Assembly (NCBI GenBank): GCA_000165345.1
Contig: CM000434.1
Coordinates: 480,001 to 544,000, forward strand
Length of the DNA stretch: 64,000 bases
Reading direction: 5' to 3'
Shown here one piece after another: positions 52,701-61,759 of the stretch (its first letter is position 1; every line of letters starts with the position of its first letter). The notes under the pieces were generated by a model that was given only the letters and a program-made list of their open reading frames with translations, did not search any database and was not told where the DNA came from. Position numbers and translations under genes: made by a program.

Positions 52701-54145
52701 ACAATAATGATGGTATTGCGCTTGACAAAGTTGATGGATGTGAAAATACTAATATTGAACAAAATTACAAACGGGATTTAGGCGAATCTTTAAACTCAGA
52801 TTTTAATTCAGCACTTGTGAAAGAAAATTGGTTACAAAAGGCCAATTTGATTGCTCAAGCGCTTCAACCATATCCAACTGGAATTAAATGGATTAATGAA
52901 ACACACTCATGGAAAGTTGTTTATTCAAATGAATTTGGACAGAAGATCTCGAAGTTTTTCGATACGATTCCATTTGATGAAAATGCTACAGTAGAGTCAT
53001 TGTATTTAAAGGCATGTAAATTTGTTTCTGTTTCTCAAACAAATAATAAAGTAATTAAAATGCTTAGCACTAGCAGAAAACTTAATAAAATTACCAATGA
53101 GATATCTAGTCCACTAGATAAATTTATTTTTAATGAATGGGGGAACACTATCGAAGATTTTTTGGCAAGATATAATTTAAATAATCCTGATAGAGCTGTA
53201 TATTCCATCAATGATTTTAATAATGAAATTAACTCATTAAGGCCATTTCCTGATAATTTAGATTGGTGTGATTCTACATTTTCGTTTGTAGTTGTTCTAC
53301 CTAGTAATGAAAAAAGATCATTTCAACTTGATAAATTCGAATTCAATATTATTAACTGCTATTCAGCGGCTTACAGTTTGGCAATCGGGAATGTAAATAT
53401 TGATAAGGAGTTTTATAATAGAAAGATAAGGAAATATAATTCAAAAGTAAAGAATAACACCAATCCTACCCAATTAAAAAAACAAATTTATAAAAAACAT
53501 TTGATAAATAATAGACACGAAAGTCCTTCGGAAGAAAAGAAGGAAAATTTTTCTTTGAATAAATCTATTAATACCAAACAAAAAAACTCGAATGAAACAG
53601 GCAAATTCACAAGTTTGCCAAGCTGTCAAGTTTATTCGTACCAAGATAAAGAAACTACAGATACAAACACTTCATCTGAAGAAAGTTTACTTGGAAATAT
53701 TTGCGAATCAAAAATAGAGCCTAAGGAGCTTATTAATGAAGATTTAAAGGGAAATTCTTTCAATAAACTACCAAGTTCCGATGAAGATAAGCTTTCTATT
53801 AGAGCAAAAAGTAATAAGCGTAAAACAATAGTAAGGGCACTACCTGCTCCATCAGATCCATTGAGCAGGGCTAGAATAATTGAATATAGCAAACAAGCTG
53901 ATGAGCTGAGACCTTTTCCCCACGGCATAACTTGGTGTTACCGTTCTGCAAGGTTCAAAGTAAGATATAGGAGATCAAGTGATGGTTGTTGGACTGCAAC
54001 ATCGTTCACTCCCACTAAATTCAATTCTGTGAAAGAGGCATTTGAAAACGCAGTAGATAAATTAGCGGCTCATATTAACGATTATAAAAATAGTAATGAA
54101 ATCCCTATTATTCCGAAGAAAAGACATTTAGAAATTGAACCTTAA
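49715..54145 (+). CDS. Chromatin protein with SET domain, PHD finger and two putative AP2-like DNA-binding domains (about 1475 aa)
   Basis: SET C-terminal blocks FLNHYECVFNNNF...NVQWHSVYVDGWPHIILTSIPGVGIKLGDELAADFGENWF (compare NHSCxPN...GEELTxDYG). PHD finger CEVCQNS...LLCNGCNRAFHWYCVNRP...WFCFQC. Two segments with AP2-like pattern: GIKWINETHSWKVVYSNEFGQKISKFFDT..ENATVESLYLKACKF and GITWCYRSARFKVRYRRSSDGCWTATSFTPTKFNSVKEAFENAVDKLAA. First ATG 49715 (track TTG 49670). Confidence 0.65.
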   Translation: MEEVNINQVLLERGISYTCTQILDAHAKKLKNEINTRCREFQSVDELINFSNSDQNRNDSNGLLSNFDWRSSYLPHIYSATLGLKNGFIDPKLQGELYQSILKCINQGFVSGNIGIVRISDHSHPVRLATPIDKTCYSLVWRKKDLSETHDIPIVLGEYTGDVKYVGDEEISDESYSFQLTFKSSAFKFTGAVVSGSHQQFGDFSANNTDKLSDQPTYFPDEFEYTEANDNSYSPNKSSFFSKPFSQTRNELLSTDGNIKKIGARLLLPNENEYILSADKTCNEMAFLNHYECVFNNNFNFRINVQWHSVYVDGWPHIILTSIPGVGIKLGDELAADFGENWFSRIRRISENNIKNELILFRLRFNSGNNQGSVNFSDLDENLSLKQTDSKDSLSNCGISGLINFYEICEVCQNSITSQARKSYYKPKNEDSVLFLKSKFDYLLCNGCNRAFHWYCVNRPEFRDLKTSSKNWFCFQCLSLTLRILPSLIYRIPNLTPGLINSIQNLYNSTDDLIPGVIDAIGNVVLRSTDEVNTEDPKSIVFRPPEYFDYNLRHFNEYGGLEGLTKLKPCYLCYSSSTISNQMIGIATICRIHRLHIAPDYDEFFNSVQYTYNSDNNQLVSNSSLHLSLVADDYGKRKYTASTQSSTEDIIRPHIKKLSGSRYIIERSRRVICSLRQSLYQSEKHRVELLYKLEKLRKIQDEYFRNISEGNGMIPVLCIKLGSTILNKEFSGRLYQGVISRYYPKERIFHIEYLDGDREDLEYNDFISLLANDIENHRINIDDLLITDNHVKSTKKTSENLIPYRNSKKHTIFGISEEFYKSENFEFNIIKMKNEKLLTETYKNFNIDSIYDKVKLIHKFIIQECKMNQDNEDAILIRETPKYEYIDQPEWNIICGSLNIESNLIKYFVGVNISRISHKTTTFNITSKICIGNVFLIKTIPITIYNEFSINNDELAELNEKSHSEILNTIRFSAIEILAWTQSRLSEIFIKETSLNNNDGIALDKVDGCENTNIEQNYKRDLGESLNSDFNSALVKENWLQKANLIAQALQPYPTGIKWINETHSWKVVYSNEFGQKISKFFDTIPFDENATVESLYLKACKFVSVSQTNNKVIKMLSTSRKLNKITNEISSPLDKFIFNEWGNTIEDFLARYNLNNPDRAVYSINDFNNEINSLRPFPDNLDWCDSTFSFVVVLPSNEKRSFQLDKFEFNIINCYSAAYSLAIGNVNIDKEFYNRKIRKYNSKVKNNTNPTQLKKQIYKKHLINNRHESPSEEKKENFSLNKSINTKQKNSNETGKFTSLPSCQVYSYQDKETTDTNTSSEESLLGNICESKIEPKELINEDLKGNSFNKLPSSDEDKLSIRAKSNKRKTIVRALPAPSDPLSRARIIEYSKQADELRPFPHGITWCYRSARFKVRYRRSSDGCWTATSFTPTKFNSVKEAFENAVDKLAAHINDYKNSNEIPIIPKKRHLEIEP

Positions 54146-54229
54146 TAAAATAAAGTTATATTAGCTAGTAATTACAATTTATTGCAAGTTTTTTTTTTCT
54201 CTAAAGAATTTGAATTCTCTTCTAAATTA

Positions 54230-55426
54230 CTAGATCTCGGGGAATGAATGCAGAAATGGATCGGCGATACTGCCTGTATCAAGTCTATGTATTGGGTTAT
54301 TATCCCATACATTTGAGTTTTCATTCCATACATACCAATTAGGATCTCTATAATCCATTTCATTGTAAATACTTGGCTCTTCATTAAAGATGCAAATTGG
54401 TTGAATACACTTACTAGGTAGACACTCGCTCAGCTCTGATGATGGCGTCAAGAACTCTGATTTTGAGATATATTCATTATCTTGATTTGTTTCACACGTA
54501 GAAGGTTCAATAGCGTTATTTGTTTTATAATTATTGCAATTTTCTGTGAATGTAGGAGTAACAGGGTAAATCCCAACATCACTTGCAAGAAGGACACCTG
54601 GTGGGGATTGCTGGAACTCAAGGCATGCGCGTCTGAAGTTTCTAGGAGAAAACTCTATTTCTGAATTCGATGGCACAACTTCGCAAGTACTTTCAATTGT
54701 TTGAATTCTTTGCTTATATAAGTCGGGATCATTTTTAATAACATTTTCTTGTCTTTGTTCAAAGCCTTCAAAACGACTGTAGTTCTCAACCGGTTTTCTG
54801 TTTGATTTAGAGTAATGCTTATCAACTTCTAATTCACTTTGAATGAACGATACTTCATTTTCGGAATAGATTGGCTTGTTTTTTTTAAATTGATCTATTG
54901 ATTCCTTTTCATTCATGCATCTGTAGTTACTTATAGATTCTCGTCTTTTTTTAATAATGGCTTTTTTAACTCTTATTTGATTACCAACTTCGGATTCTTT
55001 TTCAGGAGGATCTTTAAAGAAATTAGTTTGCTGCAAGAAATGTGGTACAACGTGAATTAGTGGTGCATTAAGAATGGTTTCAAGCTTAGTTTTTCCTTGG
55101 TTAAGTAATCTTTGCAATTGATGGTATCTGTTTTTCACTGCATGCGTAGTTCTTCCAGGAAGATGTCTTGCAATATCTGCCCATCTGTTTCCCCAAAGAT
55201 TTTGCTGGTTTAAAATAAATCTGTCCTCAGAAAGTGACCAATCGCCTCTTCTGATTCTTGGATCAACATGCGATATCCACCTTTCTCTACATTGCTTTGC
55301 TAATCTATTTACGTTAAGTGTTGAATTAAGCAATCTAGCCGTTTCAGACCAGCTTGATGGTCCAAGCCGTTGAACTAACTGATACAACAGCTCATCCTCT
55401 TCTGCATTCCAAGGCTCTTGGGGCAT
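54230..55426 (-). CDS. Myb-domain (R2R3-type SANT/Myb) transcription factor
   Basis: Two Myb repeats: WNAEEDELLYQLVQRLGPSSWSETARLL..RLAKQCRERWISHVDPRIRRGDWSLSED and W(G)NRWADIARHLPGRTTHAVKNRYHQLQR. Confidence 0.8.
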   Translation of the reverse strand: MPQEPWNAEEDELLYQLVQRLGPSSWSETARLLNSTLNVNRLAKQCRERWISHVDPRIRRGDWSLSEDRFILNQQNLWGNRWADIARHLPGRTTHAVKNRYHQLQRLLNQGKTKLETILNAPLIHVVPHFLQQTNFFKDPPEKESEVGNQIRVKKAIIKKRRESISNYRCMNEKESIDQFKKNKPIYSENEVSFIQSELEVDKHYSKSNRKPVENYSRFEGFEQRQENVIKNDPDLYKQRIQTIESTCEVVPSNSEIEFSPRNFRRACLEFQQSPPGVLLASDVGIYPVTPTFTENCNNYKTNNAIEPSTCETNQDNEYISKSEFLTPSSELSECLPSKCIQPICIFNEEPSIYNEMDYRDPNWYVWNENSNVWDNNPIHRLDTGSIADPFLHSFPEI

Positions 55427-55867
55427 TTATCTTTTTATCATGAGAAATACCATTAAAACGATATATATTCGTGAAAAAAGAATTTGTATTCTGCTTTACT
55501 ATCTATTTGTGGGGTACATGCTACCTTCACCGCAGAGTAAGTTGATATCGTTGCAACGACAATACATCTTCGGATGTCTCTTTAGCTATAATTGGTACTG
55601 GATATAGTTGCGCTATTTAACTTGATGTCTGGAGTATTAATTAAATTATAAATTGGCGGTAAATGTGGGAATAGTTGCCATTTTTTTGTAAAGAAACAGC
55701 AACATTCTGTAGAAAAACAAAAAACTACCGCCTTAAATTTGCTTTTTTTTTTTTTTGATCTGTTACCATGTAATTATACTTCATAAATTTACCATTTTAA
55801 TATAAAGTATGGCGGCAATTATGTTGGCGCAGAATATTCAGATTGCAAATCGTGACATTTTCTAAAG

Positions 55868-58180
55868 ATGAGCGAAGTAAATAAAAAGAAGAACAAGACA
55901 AATACTAGATACAATGATGAACAGGAAATTAAAAATCTCAAGAATAGAATTGTTATAGAGCTCCCATGTAGAGGAAAATCTTGGAATAATCCTAATCTCT
56001 TAAATCACGGTGTTATTAATAACAAAAATGCTGAGCTCCCTGTAAAAAGAATTAAAATTGAGGATATCATGAGTCCGGATTTATTCTCTGATCTACCAAT
56101 AAGTAGAAGAACTTTGGAAGGTTTGAGGGCGGAAGGCTATTATCAGATGACGTTGATTCAAAGAGACACACTACCTCATTCGCTACAAGGAAGAGATATA
56201 ATTGGTCAGGCAAGAACAGGCAGTGGAAAAACTTTAGCGTATGTAATACCGATATTAGAAAATATTTATAGGGATAACTATTGTTCAATTGATGGGCTTT
56301 TATCTCTGATATTGACTCCAACCAGAGAACTTGCAAGCCAAGTATTTGATGTGATAAAAGAAATTGGTAAATTTCACTCGACCTTATCAGCAGGATGTAT
56401 TGTTGGAGGGAAAGATATTAAGTCAGAATCATCTAGAATCAATATGCTGAATATTCTTGTTGCAACTCCTGGAAGGCTCATTCAACATATGGATGAGTCC
56501 CCACTCTGGGACGCAAACAATTTGAAAATTTTAGTAATCGATGAGGTGGATAGAATGCTTGATATGGGATTTTTAAACGATATAAAAATAATTTTAGATG
56601 GTATTCCATCTTCATCTTCGGGAAGACAAACCATGCTTTTTTCTGCTACAGTTTATTCGTCAGAACTTTCTATTAAAAAAATTGAAAACTTGTTTCGACC
56701 TAATCAGCTAGAAAGTTTTTCTCTCGATAACATAGGGGCACTACCTAAAAATCTTCAACAGCTATATATTAAAGTTGCAATTCATGAAAAAATTGATACT
56801 TTATTCAACTTTTTGCGTACTCATAGCAATAAAAAAATAATTGTTTTTGTTTCCTGTTGCAAACAAGTTAGATTTTTATCCACAGTTTTTACAAAGCTAA
56901 AAATAGGATGTAAAGTGTTAGAACTTTATGGAAAGCAATCACTACAAAAAAGACTTGAGGTGGTTCACAATTTTTATACACATGAGAGTTTGGTAACGTC
57001 GAATGAAAAACTCAAATTAAAAAATATAGGAAGAAATTCAAAGTCCTCTTACGATGGGGCGGTCTTATTCTGCACTGATATCGCATCTAGAGGATTAGAC
57101 TTTCCCAAAATTGATTGGGTTATTCAATTAGACATTCCTGAAAATGCAGATACTTATGTTCATAGAATTGGTAGGACAGCAAGATATATTTCTAAAGGTA
57201 AATCATTACTGTTTGTTATGTCTAATGAAGGCTATTTTTTAAAAAGTCTATATGAAAAAGGAATAAATACAATTAAAAAAGTTACTCCCAATGAATATGA
57301 GATGAGATATACGATTCATTCTTCACTGCAAAGCATTTGCGCTTCAGACCAAAATATAAAAGAAATGGCAGAAAGGGCATTTTCTGCATATATTAAGAGC
57401 CTTTTTATTTTAACTCCTAACGATAAACGTGAGGAACTTAAGAAGTTGGATTTCTCTGCATTTGCACTATCTTTAGGATTAGCAATTCCTCCTAAAATCA
57501 AAATTAACAACACAGAAAGTGAGAAAAGATTAATTTCAAAACATTCTTCCAAACTCCAAAAATTTAAGGAGAAAATCAGGCAAAAAAAGTTATCAAAAAA
57601 TTTGGATGACAATGAAGATATAAATTCTAATAGATTATTACAAAAAGATGACAGCGAACCAATTGACATATTGTCGGATGAACTAATTCTTTTTTCAAAT
57701 AATGAGTCTGCTATAAATCAAGAAAAGTTATCAGCTATTCCGTTAAATAAAAAAGTTGCCACTGATAAGTTGAGATTTAGATCTGATTATTCTGGTAAAA
57801 TAAGAGGGCATGGAAATTTTGATTTGGATAAGAAACACATATTTTTCAGTGATGATGAAGGGCCAGGTACAATTAATGAAGATAATAAATGTGAAAACTT
57901 AGATATTGATTGTCAGAGAAAATATATTGAACAGGTTAAAAATCGTTTGAAATGTCAAACTAAAAATGATAAAGAAAGAGATAGAGAAAGAGTGCATGAA
58001 ATGCATGTTAAAAAAAGAAGAATTTCGCGTCAATTTAGAAGTGAGAAATCAAATAATGCCAATGATATTGAATTGATTGAAAGCAGGGAAGAGGAAGAAA
58101 GCAGAATTTGTGATGAAGATAATTTACACAATTTAACTACAGCGGCTTTAGAAAAATTAGGAATACAAATATCAAATTAG
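55868..58180 (+). CDS. DEAD-box ATP-dependent RNA helicase, DDX10/Dbp4-like
   Basis: Q motif and motif I (TLIQRDTLPHSLQGRDIIGQARTGSGKTLAY), Ia ATPGRLIQHM (DDX10/Dbp4-like TPGRLLQHM), II VIDEVDRML (DEVD), III SAT, VI HRIGRTAR. Charged C-terminal extension typical of nucleolar helicases. Confidence 0.85.
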   Translation: MSEVNKKKNKTNTRYNDEQEIKNLKNRIVIELPCRGKSWNNPNLLNHGVINNKNAELPVKRIKIEDIMSPDLFSDLPISRRTLEGLRAEGYYQMTLIQRDTLPHSLQGRDIIGQARTGSGKTLAYVIPILENIYRDNYCSIDGLLSLILTPTRELASQVFDVIKEIGKFHSTLSAGCIVGGKDIKSESSRINMLNILVATPGRLIQHMDESPLWDANNLKILVIDEVDRMLDMGFLNDIKIILDGIPSSSSGRQTMLFSATVYSSELSIKKIENLFRPNQLESFSLDNIGALPKNLQQLYIKVAIHEKIDTLFNFLRTHSNKKIIVFVSCCKQVRFLSTVFTKLKIGCKVLELYGKQSLQKRLEVVHNFYTHESLVTSNEKLKLKNIGRNSKSSYDGAVLFCTDIASRGLDFPKIDWVIQLDIPENADTYVHRIGRTARYISKGKSLLFVMSNEGYFLKSLYEKGINTIKKVTPNEYEMRYTIHSSLQSICASDQNIKEMAERAFSAYIKSLFILTPNDKREELKKLDFSAFALSLGLAIPPKIKINNTESEKRLISKHSSKLQKFKEKIRQKKLSKNLDDNEDINSNRLLQKDDSEPIDILSDELILFSNNESAINQEKLSAIPLNKKVATDKLRFRSDYSGKIRGHGNFDLDKKHIFFSDDEGPGTINEDNKCENLDIDCQRKYIEQVKNRLKCQTKNDKERDRERVHEMHVKKRRISRQFRSEKSNNANDIELIESREEEESRICDEDNLHNLTTAALEKLGIQISN

Positions 58181-58256
58181 CGCAAAACATAATATAAAAG
58201 TTTGAACTACAGAAAAATTTTTTGAATAAATTCTCGATGAAAAAATATTTTATAAA

Positions 58257-60332
58257 ATGCAATATGGATTTGGTAATAATTTAAAGTTATACTCAGGTAT
58301 TGATTCAATTTTTAATTTAAGGAAGGTCAACAAAACACGGCATATAGTTATCCATGCATTTGTTCGAGAGACCTACGAAATCTTTCTTTTTTTATCAGCA
58401 ATATCACTATTATATTTTATTTTAAGCGGATATGATGGGAGCAATACTATGGTTATTGCAAATGCATTAAGGCTCATTTTTACAATAGGATGTTATTTGG
58501 TTTCTCATCGTATGAGAGAAGGAGACCTCTCATTACTTTTATTATGGCTAGTATTACTTATGAATATTTGTATTATTCCAATTTTTAGTATTGATATATT
58601 CTACTTCAGAATGCTGGATATTTTGTCATATTTTTTTTTATTCTGGTTCACTGGTTTTCATCCTATTTTTATTTTTATTAATGCAATAATTGGACTAGGA
58701 TCTTTATCTTGGGCAAACTTCAGAATGCTATCTGCAATAGATATAAATTTATATGAAAGAAATGTTCTTCAGGCACTGAGCTTTACTTTATTATTCACAA
58801 GACTTTCAGTTGGCTTGATAGTTCTAAACAACATTTACACAAATTGTTCAATAATTAGGGATATTACTGTTAACAAAATAAAATCATTATATGATATTAA
58901 AGTTATTATTGAAAATGAAAGCGAGCTGATAAAACTTTCAAAAAGCCTTGGTATTTCATTAAAGCAGCTATCAAAGCAATCAGAAGACTTAGATAATTCA
59001 AACAATACAGAATTACTTAGAGTTGACTCTGACAATTATTCGTCTTCGATGTCATTAATAAATCCATCTTCAATACATTCTGCAAATATATCTAGGGCAC
59101 TATCTTTTGCAGATAATTCAAATGAATCTTCTTCAATAGGGTCTTCAACTTTTTTGAACACTCCAATACAATCTATTGATGACTTTGAGTCAGTCCCTCA
59201 TTCTTCAACTTTACAGGGATTATACAACCGATTGTTGATTAAAAAAAAAAACGATGTTTTTGAACGTTTTTCTCCATCAATGACATTTATTGACAAATAT
59301 AGACAAAGAATGAAAAAATTATTTAGGAGCTTAATGTATAAATGCGAAAGTTTTATATTAACTATTAGATTTGCAGAGTTCCCAGATTCTACTCTTCCCA
59401 TTTCAACAAAAGCTGTTTCTCAAGTTTTTCTTGACCAGGAGATCGAAGGTATGTATACTCAATGGTTACAATTTTACTCTTGTAACACGATTGAACATTC
59501 TCTCCATTATATATTATTATCTTGTATTATCGTTCCACTAATGTCTTCAGCAGAATGGCTTTTATTATTTTCTAATAAGTCTAAACAACTACTATGTATA
59601 TATTCACCTTATGTGTGTTTAATACAGACTTCAAATAAAAGAAAAATCATTTTTTTCATTTTTAGAGAGGGAATTCAAGTTATAGTTTCTATGATTTTAA
59701 TTGGAATGATATATATCCTCTGCAAAGTAAATAAAATAATTAGAAAAAGAGAAAAAAGCAAAAGCGATCAAGAACATCTTCTGAAGGGAGGCTCCATTAA
59801 GGAAAGAATAATCAACGCTTTTTCAAGAAAAATTGTACTATATCCTAAATTTTCTGAATCTATTCACTCCTGTATTCAATGGTTAAGCATTATTATTGGG
59901 TCTTGGACAATTTTTTGTAATATAATTGACTGTATTTTAATGGGTAATATTTCATTAAGATTTTTAACCCTTTCATCAAGTTTATTGATTGCAGGAACAT
60001 ACTTGAACCTGAGAGTTTCTTCAACCATTATTGTATATTTAATTTGGGGTCTATTTTCCTTTATATTTACAGTAGTGATTTCTGGAAGTATTGAGAAATA
60101 TATTCCTTGTATAATTTCAATTTCCATCCCTGCGGCTTCGATAATATTCCTTCAAACAATACCGTTGGATCGTGTAAGAAGGATATTATTCTGCAGGTAT
60201 GTATTACCTTATATTTTATACATTCAACATACCGCTTTTGTGTTAAAAGATTGCGGAGAGGATATAAAGAAGAAGTTGTCTAATAAATATGTAAGTTCTA
60301 GCATGGGCATTAGAACTGTCTACAGTAAATAA
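58257..60332 (+). CDS. Hypothetical multi-pass membrane protein (691 aa)
   Basis: More than 10 hydrophobic segments split by a Ser-rich low-complexity loop; no motif recognised. Confidence 0.45.
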   Translation: MQYGFGNNLKLYSGIDSIFNLRKVNKTRHIVIHAFVRETYEIFLFLSAISLLYFILSGYDGSNTMVIANALRLIFTIGCYLVSHRMREGDLSLLLLWLVLLMNICIIPIFSIDIFYFRMLDILSYFFLFWFTGFHPIFIFINAIIGLGSLSWANFRMLSAIDINLYERNVLQALSFTLLFTRLSVGLIVLNNIYTNCSIIRDITVNKIKSLYDIKVIIENESELIKLSKSLGISLKQLSKQSEDLDNSNNTELLRVDSDNYSSSMSLINPSSIHSANISRALSFADNSNESSSIGSSTFLNTPIQSIDDFESVPHSSTLQGLYNRLLIKKKNDVFERFSPSMTFIDKYRQRMKKLFRSLMYKCESFILTIRFAEFPDSTLPISTKAVSQVFLDQEIEGMYTQWLQFYSCNTIEHSLHYILLSCIIVPLMSSAEWLLLFSNKSKQLLCIYSPYVCLIQTSNKRKIIFFIFREGIQVIVSMILIGMIYILCKVNKIIRKREKSKSDQEHLLKGGSIKERIINAFSRKIVLYPKFSESIHSCIQWLSIIIGSWTIFCNIIDCILMGNISLRFLTLSSSLLIAGTYLNLRVSSTIIVYLIWGLFSFIFTVVISGSIEKYIPCIISISIPAASIIFLQTIPLDRVRRILFCRYVLPYILYIQHTAFVLKDCGEDIKKKLSNKYVSSSMGIRTVYSK

Positions 60333-60440
60333 TATAATACAATTTTCTAGATTACTCTGAAATTTAATCTTTCAATAAGAAATGTTTAAATTCTTCCGCC
60401 CAATAATATTTCGCGGACAATAGGATTTAGTTATCTTAAA

Positions 60441-61730
60441 ATGAAAAAGATAAATTTTTTTCAATATTACATTGGGCTTTTTGTGTTTTTTATTGCTTTA
60501 TTTTCAGAATTAGATGCCTATTCAGGTTCTTTTACCAAATTAGAAGATTTTGGTTCGAAAGGATACAGAGTTACCACTGAAACGTTCAATGTTACTGCAA
60601 ATGCGTTTTATACCAATGTTGAAAAGGAGATTAATGAATGCGTTGATTGGTATTCAGTAATTTTTACTTCAAGAAGTTTTGGGCAATTAATAATACCGTC
60701 ATTACCTAATGGACTATTTATTTTTTTCTCTAAAAAAAGGGCGATTAAATGCAACAAAGACGAAAAGATTAAAGAGTACTTTCTGTCAATCCCAAATATT
60801 AATCTGGGATTTGATATTTCAGTTATAAATAATTTTACTAAACTATATTCTAAAGAGGAAATAACTTATGAACTGAATAAAGTTAATAAGCAGTTTTATT
60901 TAGATATATTAAGTAAATCTAATCCATTCACTCCAAACCATCCCGAGTTTTTTTCCTTAGAAGGAGAAGAATTAACTTATATTCATTTTCCTCATTTAGA
61001 AGTAGAAAGTAAAATCTTAAAAAAATTGCTTCAAGGCATGTTTGAATTAGATTTAATTAATTCTCAAACATTAAGTTTGCTTAGATTTTCTAATAAGAAC
61101 CATTCTAATAAGTGGACGACGAAAATTACATCATTTACCATAAATAAAAACAACACCGGAAAAAATTGTGAAAGTGGGAATCTGGAAGTTGTGAGAAAGT
61201 TGAGTGGGTCTGGTTTTCACTGGAATCTTGAGACGGAACTAATTAATTTTGAAAATACGCCAATATTACTGGACTCTTTTAATCGGGAAATATTTGTGGA
61301 TATTGACGAAATTTCTCAAAGAAATGAAAAGAAGGTTGATGGCATCTTAGTTCCTCTTCACCCCGTTCACATTGAAAGACCTAGTGAAGAGTCAGATAGT
61401 TCAATGTTGTTGAGCATTGGAAAGTCATCAGATATACCGATTCATGCAAGATATCAATCAGCATGTAATGGCTGTAACTTCAAAACGGTTAAGATAGGAT
61501 TTCCTTCAATTGTTATTTATGAGAAGGAGTCAGTCGACAAACATTGTTTAATTCCGAAATTAAGGTTCGAGATTGCAACAAATCAGAATGTAAAGACGGG
61601 GAGTTCACAGGAGATAGTAATTAACATCCCTGTCGGGAATAGTAAGGATATCAACTACGTTTTTATTGCTACTATATTTACGATAATCATTACAACGGTG
61701 ACTACTGGGATATCAATAAAAAGGTATTAA
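60441..61730 (+). CDS. Type I membrane / secretory-pathway protein (signal peptide plus C-terminal TM anchor); possibly PIG-X/Pbn1-like
   Basis: N-terminal signal MKKINFFQYYIGLFVFFIALFSELDA and C-terminal anchor YVFIATIFTIIITTVTTGISIKRY. Overall architecture resembles PIG-X/Pbn1; motif support is weak. Confidence 0.4.
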   Translation: MKKINFFQYYIGLFVFFIALFSELDAYSGSFTKLEDFGSKGYRVTTETFNVTANAFYTNVEKEINECVDWYSVIFTSRSFGQLIIPSLPNGLFIFFSKKRAIKCNKDEKIKEYFLSIPNINLGFDISVINNFTKLYSKEEITYELNKVNKQFYLDILSKSNPFTPNHPEFFSLEGEELTYIHFPHLEVESKILKKLLQGMFELDLINSQTLSLLRFSNKNHSNKWTTKITSFTINKNNTGKNCESGNLEVVRKLSGSGFHWNLETELINFENTPILLDSFNREIFVDIDEISQRNEKKVDGILVPLHPVHIERPSEESDSSMLLSIGKSSDIPIHARYQSACNGCNFKTVKIGFPSIVIYEKESVDKHCLIPKLRFEIATNQNVKTGSSQEIVINIPVGNSKDINYVFIATIFTIIITTVTTGISIKRY

Positions 61731-61759
61731 GTAGTATTGTCGTTAATCTATAAATTGTT

